A DNA stretch of 46,212 nt from a plasmid. The stretch lies in the sequence record NZ_CP129890.1. One strand, written 5' to 3'. How positions within the stretch are numbered: the stretch's first letter is position 1; every line of letters begins with the position of its first letter. Shown here piece by piece: positions 18,618 through 28,640 of the stretch. The translations under genes and the position numbers were made by a program. The notes under the pieces were generated by a model, which was given only the letters and a program-made list of their open reading frames with translations, did no database searches and was not told the origin of the DNA.

Positions 18618-19268
18618 TTGTCTAAAATCGGTTATGCGCGTGTTAGTACGCGTGATCAAAATCTTGCACGTCAAATTGAGCAGCTACATGATGCCGGTGT
18701 TAATAAAATCTTTCAAGAGAAGCTTTCAGGTAAAAATGCCGATCGTCCTCAACTAAAAGCAATGTTAGACTATATTCGTGATGATGATGAAGTAGTGGTA
18801 TTGAGCCTTGACCGACTTGGTCGCAATTCTCATGATTTGACTGACATCATCGAAACCATTCGGCATCGTGGAGCTCAATTGAATGTTCTAAATCTGCCTA
18901 GCTTTGCAAGTATTGAAGATCCTAACCTTCGTAACTTGATTACGACAATTATTGTCGAACTATATAAGTATATTGCTCAAGAAGAGCGCGAAACTATTAA
19001 GATACGGCAACAACAAGGCATAGAAATTGCCAAACGCCAGGGCAAATATAAAGGCAAAATTCGCGAATATGGTCCTCATTCACCTAATCGTCAAAAACGC
19101 TATATTTATAAAGAAGCCTGTCGCCTTTTAAATAGGAAGAAAGACGGAGATGAAACTCTGACCAAGCGACAAATTGCCCGCATGTTAGGTATTGCACCAG
19201 TAACCTTATATCGCATCGAAAAGTATCAGGCAGAAGATCTAGCAAATGTTCCCCGTAGTGAGAGGTAA
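18618..19268 (+). CDS. Serine recombinase (resolvase/invertase family)
   Basis: TTG start after ggaggcgac. N-terminal IGYARVSTRDQNLARQ with catalytic Ser. C-terminal HTH. Confidence 0.85.
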   Translation: MSKIGYARVSTRDQNLARQIEQLHDAGVNKIFQEKLSGKNADRPQLKAMLDYIRDDDEVVVLSLDRLGRNSHDLTDIIETIRHRGAQLNVLNLPSFASIEDPNLRNLITTIIVELYKYIAQEERETIKIRQQQGIEIAKRQGKYKGKIREYGPHSPNRQKRYIYKEACRLLNRKKDGDETLTKRQIARMLGIAPVTLYRIEKYQAEDLANVPRSER

Positions 19269-19273
19269 ACATC

Positions 19274-19558
19274 ATGATAGATTTAAGGGGCAAACGAATT
19301 CTCTTTACCGGCCGTTTGCGATCTTTTCGTCGTTTCCAGGCACAACAGTTAGCAACTATTCTAGGAGCAAAACCTGTCAACGGGATTGACAAAAATGTCG
19401 ATATCCTTGTGGTTGGTATTATTAGCAAACCCTATGATCAACTACTTACCACTCAAAAGTTAACGTATGCTAGAACCTATGGAATTCCAAAGATTGACGA
19501 ATTAGCCTTTATTTCATGGTGCCAATGGCGATTAGATCAACTGAAAACAACTCTTTAA
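19274..19558 (+). CDS. Standalone BRCT-domain protein
   Basis: KRILFTGRL...AQQLATILGAKPVNGIDKNVDILVVG resembles the C-terminal BRCT domain of NAD-dependent DNA ligases. Confidence 0.45.
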   Translation: MIDLRGKRILFTGRLRSFRRFQAQQLATILGAKPVNGIDKNVDILVVGIISKPYDQLLTTQKLTYARTYGIPKIDELAFISWCQWRLDQLKTTL

Positions 19559-19587
19559 GTACCTTCTTATCAAACGGGGAGATTAGT

Positions 19588-19920
19588 ATGCAAAAGCGTA
19601 TCGATTTGGCCAATCAAACGTTTGGACGACTCACAGTCATTAGTTTTTTGGGAAGCAGTTCCAATGGAAACGCGCTTTGGCTCTGTCAATGTCAATGTGG
19701 AAATAAATGTATTGTTGACAGTCAACGACTTCAAAAAGGATTCATTCGCAGTTGTGGGTGTTTGCGATCAGAAATAAGCAGATCAAACATAAAAGCTAAT
19801 AACCAGACTAAAAAATACATGGGCAATCCCAAGAATTTTCAACTAATTAATCGAACAAATTTAGTTGCTTCTACACTTAAACGATCCAATAACAAATTCG
19901 GCATGATAGGTATTAGTTAG
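19588..19920 (+). CDS. Cys-rich zinc-ribbon protein (phage-associated family, hypothetical)
   Basis: Start ATG 19588 after ggggag. FGRLTVISF...WLCQCQCGNKCIVDSQRLQKGFIRSCGC is a CxC...CGC zinc-ribbon pattern. Confidence 0.45.
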   Translation: MQKRIDLANQTFGRLTVISFLGSSSNGNALWLCQCQCGNKCIVDSQRLQKGFIRSCGCLRSEISRSNIKANNQTKKYMGNPKNFQLINRTNLVASTLKRSNNKFGMIGIS

Positions 19921-20238
19921 GCTAAAACGACTCAAAATTATGTAGCACGACTTCACTTTCAAAGCCATCTTAATAAACCGTGTATATGTTCATGCGGAGG
20001 GTGCAATCGCTGCTCCAAAGACAGCAAAAAAGGATATCATTCCTTTGCAAGAGCAATATAATCAATCACACCAACAAAATTGAACAAATTGATCAGACAA
20101 TCCGAGTAGGCGCAAATCCCATTGCTTATACTGCCGATGAACCTATAGAAAAGGCGCTTCGTCATAAAATGGTTCAGTACTGTAATCCTCCAAATGGCAT
20201 AAATATTAAGACTAGTTTTCAAGAAAGGAAGCCGTAAC

Positions 20239-20610
20239 GTGCGTTTATGGCATCAAGATTTAATTCAGCAACTCCCAAGACAACAATTATTGGGACAGCA
20301 TCGTGAAATCGCGGCGCTTCGCGGTAATGGATGGGGACGGAAACACGCTACCGTTAATTACGTATTTGCACATTCCCCATATAAATTATTTCAATTTCAC
20401 TGTATTGTGTTACGTGAAATGGAAAAACGAGGTTATCATCCAGATCAGAAATGGTATGATCCTCTGTATCGAGGTCAACATTGCCCAGCATACAAACAAC
20501 TCAATCCGGTTGCACTCACAATACCCATCTATCCTGAGCATGACCAACGATATAAACATGTTTGCTTAACCAATTTACAAAACAAGGGAATCTTTTTAAA
20601 CCTTCCGTGA
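20239..20610 (+). CDS. TIGR02328-like protein (pyrimidine-dimer DNA glycosylase / endonuclease V-like family)
   Basis: GTG start after aaaggaag. MRLWHQDLIQQLPRQQLLGQHREIAALRGNGWGRKHATVNYVF... matches the remembered family signature. Identification is from recall, not a search. Confidence 0.45.
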   Translation: MRLWHQDLIQQLPRQQLLGQHREIAALRGNGWGRKHATVNYVFAHSPYKLFQFHCIVLREMEKRGYHPDQKWYDPLYRGQHCPAYKQLNPVALTIPIYPEHDQRYKHVCLTNLQNKGIFLNLP

Positions 20611-20722
20611 TCCTAGTCTGCGATGTTCATCTTGGGACATAGGATTGACAAAATAGTATCTCAACAATATATTTACTAAAAGTAAATAAATAGCCAGTAT
20701 TACGTTGATAGGAGAAAATCAA

Positions 20723-21121
20723 ATGGTAAACCTTACAGAAGAAATGAAAAATATGTTAAAGAATCAGCTCCCCTTTCTAGCAACAACAGGAAAAGATGGC
20801 AAACCTCAAGTTGGTCCCAAGGGTTCACTACATGTCTTAGATGACTCACATTTAATCTACTTTGAGCACACCTTTAGGCAGGCCTATAATAATCTCTCGA
20901 ACAACCATTTGGCGGCGGTTGCGGTTGCTGATAGAGGCGCTCAAAAGGGATTTCGCTTTGAGGGAACGGCTCATATTCATGAAGCAGATGACTTTGCTAA
21001 TCAGATTCTAGATAAAACTAACATCTTTGATCGTTTCCCACGCGCTGGCGTGGTGGTCATTGATGTTGAACGAATCTATAAATTGGATAATACCTTAGAA
21101 GCTGGTATTCAAATCGCCTAG
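20723..21121 (+). CDS. Pyridoxamine 5'-phosphate oxidase-like FMN-binding split-barrel protein
   Basis: Start ATG after taggagaaaatcaa. LPFLATTGKDGKPQVGPKGSLHVLDDSHLIYFE is a PNPOx-family signature. Confidence 0.65.
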   Translation: MVNLTEEMKNMLKNQLPFLATTGKDGKPQVGPKGSLHVLDDSHLIYFEHTFRQAYNNLSNNHLAAVAVADRGAQKGFRFEGTAHIHEADDFANQILDKTNIFDRFPRAGVVVIDVERIYKLDNTLEAGIQIA

Positions 21122-21594
21122 GGTTTTTAAAACAAATTCAACCGAGTAAGTCGAAGAACTTTTTAGTGTCCAAACTCATACAGTGTTTATTTCATGTCAT
21201 TAAGTATTCATTAGCAAGCAGTTTTGTTATACTTTGGTTAGAAGTGATAGAAGTACGTCTAATTCTTAAGAAACCCGTAGCTTACTGTTAACGCCATTAC
21301 TTCGAGCGTGTCGATTTTCGATACGCCTTTTTTTGTGTTATTGGATAAAAATCATCCAATAAAAATGAAATATCAAAAAAGACGACTTCTACTATGGAAA
21401 GTCGTCTCTGATGAACCCGTTTTTCTAATACTCATTCATGTTGCATCGTCTTGCTTCAAATGCTTGAAATATACAGACATAGTGTTTAAATAAGTTGGCC
21501 GGTTTCAGTTTATTAAACTCAATATCAGTCTTAAAATATTGATTCTTTCCTAATTTAAAGTAACCCAAAAAGATATTAGACAAATTTTGAGATC

Positions 21595-22674
21595 CTAATG
21601 ATCTTCTTTTAATTGAAAGCTTTTATCCCGAACTTTTTTGACATAAGCCTTATACTTAGTCTGGCCAAGTGGCGTGACAATTACGACTCGATAATGATTA
21701 CCAGGCAGGCTGATGTCAGTCACCCCAGTTTGATCTGATTTAAAAGAATGTATATGTCGACCTCGTTTCACCACGACCTGTGTGGCTTCAGCCGGTACTT
21801 CCAGCAAATAATGCTTTCGGCCAAGCATCAAACTGCGCATTACGAAACCGATCACGCCTAAAATGATCACCGCGCCTAAAAGTGCGACTATTAGCTTTAA
21901 TTTGTTCCACCAAACCGCCCAACTTGAGGCCTCGTCATCTGCCTTAACGTAAGGAATTCGGCGACCCGTTATCAACAATCGATGAGAATTAATCATATAA
22001 GGCGTGCAGGTCATTAAGGTCACAAGATCCTGTCCCGGCACAATTCTTAGCTGCCGGGTATCACTTGGCTCAATAACCTGGCGCTTAAAGACTTGGTAAG
22101 CCAATTTATGATTGCCTATGCTAATAAAAAACTTGTCGCCTTTTTTTAACGCTGGTACTCGGGTAAAAAGTTCAGCGTTTGGCACACCACGATGCGCTGA
22201 AATGACAGCATGGGTATTTTTACCACCAGTTGGATAACTTGTACCATCCAATAAACAGGCGCCAAATTGTAGAAGCCAATCGCTTGTATGATCAAAAACC
22301 GGCAGACTAAGGCCAATTTTGGGAATCGTCAACTGAGCAACTGTCTGACGAGTCAAGATTTGTTGATTGCGTTTGGCCGCTGTTTTTGCGGTTCCTTGAT
22401 CATTAACGGCATGATTAAAACTGGCAACGCCGGGCACTTGCTGACTTGCTGCCAACTGTTTATTTTTTTGCAAATACTCGTTATATTCCCGCCGCAACAC
22501 CATCTGATTCTTCCGCGCTTCTTGTTGTCGGTACTTGTCGATGACTTGCTGATTTTGGTAAGAAACGTAAGCATCACTTGCAAATGGATAGCATAAAACA
22601 CCAAAACCCGCTAAAAGAAGGCATCCAATCACAATATCAATCAAGCCTAAAGGTCGACGTGTTCGTTTTGTCAC
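21595..22674 (-). CDS. srtC: Class C (pilus-specific) sortase
   Basis: N-terminal TM, catalytic TLMTCTPY (TLxTC) and His/Arg residues, C-terminal TM lid. Last gene of the pilus operon. Confidence 0.85.
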   Translation of the reverse strand: MTKRTRRPLGLIDIVIGCLLLAGFGVLCYPFASDAYVSYQNQQVIDKYRQQEARKNQMVLRREYNEYLQKNKQLAASQQVPGVASFNHAVNDQGTAKTAAKRNQQILTRQTVAQLTIPKIGLSLPVFDHTSDWLLQFGACLLDGTSYPTGGKNTHAVISAHRGVPNAELFTRVPALKKGDKFFISIGNHKLAYQVFKRQVIEPSDTRQLRIVPGQDLVTLMTCTPYMINSHRLLITGRRIPYVKADDEASSWAVWWNKLKLIVALLGAVIILGVIGFVMRSLMLGRKHYLLEVPAEATQVVVKRGRHIHSFKSDQTGVTDISLPGNHYRVVIVTPLGQTKYKAYVKKVRDKSFQLKEDH

Positions 22675-22747
22675 TCTGATTACCTCGCCATATCAAAACA
22701 AGAGCGCCATCGACGCTCTTGCTTGACTCATTTATCTTATTAACTTT

Positions 22748-23752
22748 TTAGAAACCATTGCGGCGCTTGCGATAGGCAACTGCTCCAAATGCAATTAAGG
22801 CAACGCCCAAAATCGCAAAAATGACTGTGCCAGTACCACCAGTGTGTGGCAGAATACCGCTTGGTGCATCTAGAATGTCGCTAGACGAATTATCAGCTTT
22901 AAAGTCTGTATTGGCAGCAGCATCATAACCATCCGGCACTTTTGTTTCAACTGCCGTGTAAGTTGTGGTGTTATCAGCAAATCCATTTAAGCCAAACTTA
23001 CCGCTCTTATCAGACGTGAAAACAGTAGCATCGCTTTCAGCAACCCACGTCAATCGATAGTTATTGGCCAATACATCGATAAATCCTTCGCCGATGCTGA
23101 CGCTTTGACCATCTTTATCTGTCAACTTCAAAAACTTGCCATCACTATTGCTAATCTTAAAGCCGGCTCCTTCAAGCACTTCTTTAGTCTCAGCATCTTT
23201 CTTAACAAAAGTGCGCTCATAGGTGGTCTTTTGAACATTCTTTGGGTAGACATAGACATTCCCGTCGGCTGCTGCCTTGGCTGGTAAGGTTAACCAGAAA
23301 TCGGCAGACGTGTTATAACCAGCTCGCGGATTGGTTTCATGGAAAAGATAGACAGCAGCACGAGTCTTACCGCTGGCATCTGTTGATTGGGTTGGCAATG
23401 CTTGGGTTAGTTGCCCCTCGTCATTAGTCGTTCCGGTTGCGGCAACCGGAGCACTATCAAAACCACCTTTATAATCCTTAGGCGATGCCCAATAATTGGC
23501 TGTCACGTTGTAAATGGTGAAATCAACGCCTTGTAAAGGCTTAGCACCATCGCCGGTCCAAATTTGATCAGTCGCACGATCAATGGCAGTAACATCTTTG
23601 TCAAACCCGTATTTAGTAAGGACAACGTTTTGTGTTGTCGTATCATTCGTATCCGCTTGAACCCGAGTGCCATTAAACCCGAGAACCATCAGTAATGTCA
23701 TTAGGATTGTGCTGGTTAATGTCAGCACTTTCTTGGTAATTGTCTTTTTCAT
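22748..23752 (-). CDS. spaA: Major (backbone) pilin, SpaA-like, 334 aa
   Basis: Start ATG 23752 after gggagag. Signal peptide. Pilin motif VYVYPKN (YPKN). Sorting signal LPHTGG + TM + RKRRNGF. Confidence 0.8.
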   Translation of the reverse strand: MKKTITKKVLTLTSTILMTLLMVLGFNGTRVQADTNDTTTQNVVLTKYGFDKDVTAIDRATDQIWTGDGAKPLQGVDFTIYNVTANYWASPKDYKGGFDSAPVAATGTTNDEGQLTQALPTQSTDASGKTRAAVYLFHETNPRAGYNTSADFWLTLPAKAAADGNVYVYPKNVQKTTYERTFVKKDAETKEVLEGAGFKISNSDGKFLKLTDKDGQSVSIGEGFIDVLANNYRLTWVAESDATVFTSDKSGKFGLNGFADNTTTYTAVETKVPDGYDAAANTDFKADNSSSDILDAPSGILPHTGGTGTVIFAILGVALIAFGAVAYRKRRNGF

Positions 23753-23754
23753 TC

Positions 23755-24480
23755 TTATCTCTCCCACTTATTAATTTTTTGTTTTTTTATGTTAAAAGCA
23801 AGTACTGTCGCGAAGATTATCAACCCGAGCATTGAAAGCCAAGCTGCAACTGTATCACCCGTTTGTGGCAACAATTGATGTGTTTTCTTTGGGACTTTTT
23901 TGGGGACGTCGGTGTGACGACTTACCATTTTGTTCTTAGGAAATAAATCAATGCGTGATTGATTCCCATGTTGAAGGTTGCTTGACATGACAACCACAAG
24001 ATTCTGACTGGCTTCAATATTCTTAGGTGCCGCCGTTTCTTTAAAAAGATAAACCGCAGCATGCTGCCCCTGTCGGAGTGGTAAATCGCCAAAGTACGCT
24101 TCTCCCTGACCAGCCGTCACAACCTGTGCGATAAGGCTGGAGCTAGCAGGCTGATAGCTATCTTGACTCAACGTCGTTTGTGCTGCTTCAATCGCACCGC
24201 CATTTTTGGAGACAAGCTGCCAAAAGTCAGCGGTCACGTCATAAACTGTGAACGTCACACCGTTTAACGGCACATCTGCCTGCGAAAAGTCGGGTTTTGT
24301 TGTCCCGTTATTTGCTTGTTGAGTTGGCAAGGTATCTTTAAACAACAGCTTATGCAACACAACATCAACAGTGGTCGGCACAGTTGCCGCCTGTGTCTGC
24401 TGCAACGTTGTCGTTGCCAAACTGACTAGTAGTGCCAAGCAAAAGGTCAAAATCACTAACGGACGGAAGGATTTAGTCAT
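23755..24480 (-). CDS. spaB: Minor/basal pilin, SpaB-like, 241 aa
   Basis: Signal peptide. LPQTGD sorting signal + TM + KKQK. LFPKNK motif. Start overlaps the spaC stop. Confidence 0.75.
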   Translation of the reverse strand: MTKSFRPLVILTFCLALLVSLATTTLQQTQAATVPTTVDVVLHKLLFKDTLPTQQANNGTTKPDFSQADVPLNGVTFTVYDVTADFWQLVSKNGGAIEAAQTTLSQDSYQPASSSLIAQVVTAGQGEAYFGDLPLRQGQHAAVYLFKETAAPKNIEASQNLVVVMSSNLQHGNQSRIDLFPKNKMVSRHTDVPKKVPKKTHQLLPQTGDTVAAWLSMLGLIIFATVLAFNIKKQKINKWER

Positions 24481-27169
24481 GTTGCTTCACCACCCGTCGC
24501 TTTATCAAAACAACCAGTAATAAAAGGAACGCTGCGCTGATCAATCCCAGTGCGATACCAAGCAATCGCTGATAGCCCTGACCACCTGTATGCGGCAAAA
24601 TTGCAAGTGGCTGATTAATCGCCTGCAAAGTGATCGTGCTGCCATCAATCGCTAATGTGTATCCGTTCTTACTTTCGCCCGGCTTCAATGCCTCACCGTC
24701 AATCGTGACGGTTGCCTCTTTACCAGTCGTAGCTACCTGAATGGCAATCTTGGCAGGATTGCTTTGATAGCCATCTGGTGCTTTTGTTTCTGACATCGTA
24801 TAGGTACCATCTGCAACTAATTTTGTCGCAAACGCTTGTCCCTCAGATGTCGCCGATGATGTTATCGTCTCAGCTTCGCCAGCACTTGGTTGCAGGGTGA
24901 ACGCTGCACCTGCAAGATATTGGCTTTGATTATCCTGTTTGATGACCCGCAAAGTCATGGATGGCTTTGGTTCATCATATTTCGTTAGCGTCAGAATTTG
25001 CTGGTGATCCCCGGTCACCGTAAAATCATCTGACTTATCACCAACAGGATTCAAAGTCTGCTGGCCATTAATAACACTCCCTGATGTCACATTGTCCTTT
25101 GTGCCATGGTATTGCCATTGCCCATCAGACGTTAGCTGAAAAAGATACATTGTCCCATCAAGTTGATAACCTGTAGGTGCTGCAGCTTCCTGAATACCGT
25201 AATACCCCGGCGCTAGTGCCTGCAGATCCGTTGACGTGATGGCGTTGGTTTTGGATACCTGCTGAAAACTGTTATCGCTGTACTGGGTTAAGTTAAACTG
25301 CATGGCCTTCAACTGATCTGCTGATAAATCAGTACCATCGGTTGTTTTTTTCTGAAATTGAAAACCATACTGCTGATTTGTCAAAGTCAACGTTGCTGTT
25401 TGCTGATCCATATTTTGAGAACTGATAAACGAACTCAAATCAATTCCCGAGGCATCTTCACTCTTAACGACATATGAAAAACTTTGACCCTGATTGTTAT
25501 ACGCAGGTGCCGTAAAGCTAGCTTTCCAGTTATCAGCTTTTTTAAGGACTAAGGTCTGTTGCCAATTTGGATCAAGCGAACCGTCAGCCACTTTTCGCTG
25601 CACCGTGACGTTGAGCGTATCCGGTAACGATTGATTGCTTAACTGGCGCCATTGCTTCTGCACATAAACTGTAGTTGCTGGTGCCCTGCCTGAAGGAATC
25701 CCAAAGTCAACAGCGGCAGCGCCCGCTTTTGGTGTCAACAATGTTTCACCATTCATTTGGTACCAAAAATCAGGCTTGAAGCCAGCATCCTCTGTTTTGA
25801 TCCGTACTTGATAATGGATTTGAACTTCCTGATCCTGACCCAAGTTCATGTGATTCACCGTCAATTGACCATCTTGGATCGCCGCACTTGGCAACTCACT
25901 TGCTGGCACAGTTTGCTTGCCGACACTCGTAACGGTCGCCTGGTTGTTTGCATATTGAAATTGCGTACCAATCGGGTCTGTGATCGTGCCATCGGTGACA
26001 GTATTAAAATTTTTGATAATATCCTTTGCCTGATTGTTCAAATAAGCCTCAACAGCGTCGGCACTATCAGCATCTTCGTATAAATCCGGTGAATTGGTAA
26101 TAAGTTGCATGTTTTGGCGTATTTTTTCTTTTGTCATGTATTGGCGGTCGTCAGCCAGTTGAATGCCTAAAGCGTGCACCTCATTACCGCTATCTTTTGC
26201 ATTCTTAGCCTCACCTAATGTTGCGGGCCAAGTATCATATATGGTATTACCTGAACTATCGGTGTACGGCCATCGAAGTTGTGCGGTATCGCTGGGTTCA
26301 TCTCTTCTGGATCCAAAATTAGTGCCATACAATGTGCCATTTATCCACTCTGAATTTATCACCTTGTTAGAAAAAGTCGGCACGCCATCAGTTAACAAAA
26401 TCATCATTTTTTTATTGCCACTGGTGTCCGCATTCAGCATGGCTGATCCTTGCCGCAAACCAATCTGCGTATACGTACCCCCTTGAAACCTTGGATTCAA
26501 TGCACCATTAATCGCTTGTTGCTGGCTGGCATTACCTGCTTTGCCTAATTTGACACTAATATAACCCGATTCGCCACCGATATAACCAGGACTAGAAAAC
26601 CCAATTAAACCAACATTGACGTAATTACCCAGACCGGCGTTTTGAATAGATGTCAAGAAATTCTTAACACCTGTACGAACAGCACCGGCTCGATTCGTGT
26701 TATATCTGTTGAACTCCATTGACCCAGACATATCAACAACTAAGACAATATCTACAGGCTTCACATTTTGCTGTGTATTGCCTTTGACGTTCAAATAAAC
26801 GTCGTACAATCCGGGGGTATTCGTCTCTTTAGCATATTTTCGAATCTGATAATCCGGATTATTGGGGTCACCAAATTTCAGGTAAGAATTCGTGGTATTA
26901 GTCGCATCACCATCCCATGTTGTATTGTTATCCCACCCTGAAACTTGATCCCCGCCGCGTTGATTGATCACATTTTGTTGTCCCGTGACCTGCCACGAAT
27001 TTTCTGGATAGGTACCATTAGCATTGGTTTTATAGGTTGGGCGAATGTTAGCAGTGGCTGTCACAACTGAACTGCCACTTGTCACTAAGCCTGTTAACAT
27101 ACTCATCAAAATCAATAAGACCGCGAACAAATGCCCAGTTCTCGCCACTTTAGCTGTCATCCTCGTCAC
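24473..27169 (-). CDS. spaC: Pilus tip adhesin with von Willebrand factor A domain, SpaC-like, 898 aa
   Basis: GTG start 27169 after ggaggg+7 nt. Signal peptide. MIDAS motif VDIVLVVDMSGSM. C-terminal LPHTGG + TM + KRR. Confidence 0.8.
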   Translation of the reverse strand: MTRMTAKVARTGHLFAVLLILMSMLTGLVTSGSSVVTATANIRPTYKTNANGTYPENSWQVTGQQNVINQRGGDQVSGWDNNTTWDGDATNTTNSYLKFGDPNNPDYQIRKYAKETNTPGLYDVYLNVKGNTQQNVKPVDIVLVVDMSGSMEFNRYNTNRAGAVRTGVKNFLTSIQNAGLGNYVNVGLIGFSSPGYIGGESGYISVKLGKAGNASQQQAINGALNPRFQGGTYTQIGLRQGSAMLNADTSGNKKMMILLTDGVPTFSNKVINSEWINGTLYGTNFGSRRDEPSDTAQLRWPYTDSSGNTIYDTWPATLGEAKNAKDSGNEVHALGIQLADDRQYMTKEKIRQNMQLITNSPDLYEDADSADAVEAYLNNQAKDIIKNFNTVTDGTITDPIGTQFQYANNQATVTSVGKQTVPASELPSAAIQDGQLTVNHMNLGQDQEVQIHYQVRIKTEDAGFKPDFWYQMNGETLLTPKAGAAAVDFGIPSGRAPATTVYVQKQWRQLSNQSLPDTLNVTVQRKVADGSLDPNWQQTLVLKKADNWKASFTAPAYNNQGQSFSYVVKSEDASGIDLSSFISSQNMDQQTATLTLTNQQYGFQFQKKTTDGTDLSADQLKAMQFNLTQYSDNSFQQVSKTNAITSTDLQALAPGYYGIQEAAAPTGYQLDGTMYLFQLTSDGQWQYHGTKDNVTSGSVINGQQTLNPVGDKSDDFTVTGDHQQILTLTKYDEPKPSMTLRVIKQDNQSQYLAGAAFTLQPSAGEAETITSSATSEGQAFATKLVADGTYTMSETKAPDGYQSNPAKIAIQVATTGKEATVTIDGEALKPGESKNGYTLAIDGSTITLQAINQPLAILPHTGGQGYQRLLGIALGLISAAFLLLLVVLIKRRVVKQHD

Positions 27170-27612
27170 ATTTTTACCCTCCTCTCAAGTAAACTTTTGA
27201 CCACTGACAGTGCAATTATTCTTACGCCCACAACTCGAGAAACCTGTTCAACATCCCAATGTAAAAAAATTGAGAAGGCCCCGTCAATTTTCCCTGTGTT
27301 TGAGAGGTCTGCTCCGTGCTGTGAAAAAGTAATGACTATCTTTCTAGTATCTTTCGAAGCAACAGCAGATCCAATTACCTCACCAGACTCATCTTTAATA
27401 TCAAAAGATATATTTCCGGCTAAAGTGAAAACAGTCGGAATATCGGTTGTCATTGTATCTCCCGCATGAAGTCCCACTCCTTCCGGAATAGAAAAATTCC
27501 ATTTTGCTGTAAGATCGTCAGCAATTCCAACTTCAGAAACTGGTTGTCCTTTCACATCAACCAAACTTGCACTAGTAATAAATCGACTCCCATAATCTTC
27601 TGCCGCGGACAC
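27166..27612 (-). pseudogene. Possible remnant of an MSCRAMM-like adhesin N-domain (no signal peptide, GTG start, reads through the spaC promoter)
   Basis: GDTMTTDIPTVFTLAGNISFDIKDESGEVIGSAVA is an adhesin-like beta-sandwich repeat. Adjacent to a 10-bp IS30-IR-like sequence gcaatctagg at 27620. Confidence 0.3.
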
Positions 27613-27835
27613 TATTCAGCAATCTAGGCACATTTTTAATGTTACCCTTCTTAAAGGTTCATTTTTTTCATATTTTGAAAGAATTTCTTGCTAGTTCTGA
27701 ATCAACGGTACTTCCATAATGCAAATTCTGATACGGTTATCCCAGTTGACCAAATCGCTTGGCATCCATCTCACAAGCTGGACAGTTAGAGATCGCGAAC
27801 ATGGTAGTGTGTTTTTATAGTGCTGATCCTTCCCT

Positions 27836-28204
27836 TCAACCTTGGTATGAAGCTTCAGATAATCGTTGAATCAACATGGGTTCATCTATATCTAAATAAG
27901 TTTTTCGACTTGTGTGTAAGGTGTCACCAGTGCGTACCTGTGTATTGATCCAGCGAGTACAGTCCGCGTGATGTTCACCACGAAAGTAGACTTTACCAGA
28001 ATTAAAGCCAATGACCGCAAATTTAGGCTGTACACAAGCAGCCGCCAATTTTTTAAGGGAAGAATCCGAAATACTTTCCTCAGAGTTTAGCAAACGTCGC
28101 ACAGTACGATCATTTATTTTAGCTTGTCTGGCAAGTTCTGGGTTGCTCAGATTGTTCTTGTCGATGTAGTTCTGAACCATTTTACGAACAGAATCACGAT
28201 CCAT
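27836..28204 (-). CDS. XRE-family HTH transcriptional regulator
   Basis: Start ATG 28204 after gaaggag+9 nt. HTH LSNPELARQAKINDRTVRRLL. Confidence 0.65.
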   Translation of the reverse strand: MDRDSVRKMVQNYIDKNNLSNPELARQAKINDRTVRRLLNSEESISDSSLKKLAAACVQPKFAVIGFNSGKVYFRGEHHADCTRWINTQVRTGDTLHTSRKTYLDIDEPMLIQRLSEASYQG

Positions 28205-28416
28205 TAAAACAGACTCCTTCTATTGTAGTAAACCATTATGGCAGTTAATTGTAACCCCGTACTTGCATATTGATGGATGATACTGAGGCGTGTATGTCTA
28301 AAAGCCTATACAGCATAGTCCAAACAAGATACTCAAAGACAAAACCAAGCGTGCTCTTAATTTTATATGGAAGTTCTTTCTCATACATAGTAGAAGCCTT
28401 GCTGATAAAATAACAC

Positions 28417-28640
28417 TCAGTAAGGTTTAGTTTGCCTAGGGGCAGCGGGCCCTAGGCCGACCCGCACGCCCTGGAAACGTCTTGTCGTTTCAGAATAGGT
28501 AACTGGTAAGTCCAGTCTGTACCTAGATCCATTGGTTGCTGATTGTCGGCTACCATGCAGATCATCCAAAACTTGTGCATAAAGCTTGTGGCCTACCGCC
28601 ACGCGGGCAAGCCCGCAGGTGCCTTTTCTACGCCCTGTCA
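28417..28640 (-). ncRNA. GC-rich structured non-coding segment downstream of the IS110-family recombinase (candidate IS110/IS1111-type guide ncRNA or subterminal structure)
   Basis: ~60% GC in a ~42% GC context. Hairpins gcctaggg/ccctaggc and gcgggcaagcccgc. The ORF 28417..28641 has no SD and is arginine/glycine-rich, as expected of a GC artefact. Confidence 0.25.

Noticed and set aside
27613-27640. IS30 end scar upstream of the adhesin fragment (gcaatctagg)
   Set aside because: Only a 10-bp match to the IR tip, which could arise by chance. It is mentioned only as weak support for decay of this region.
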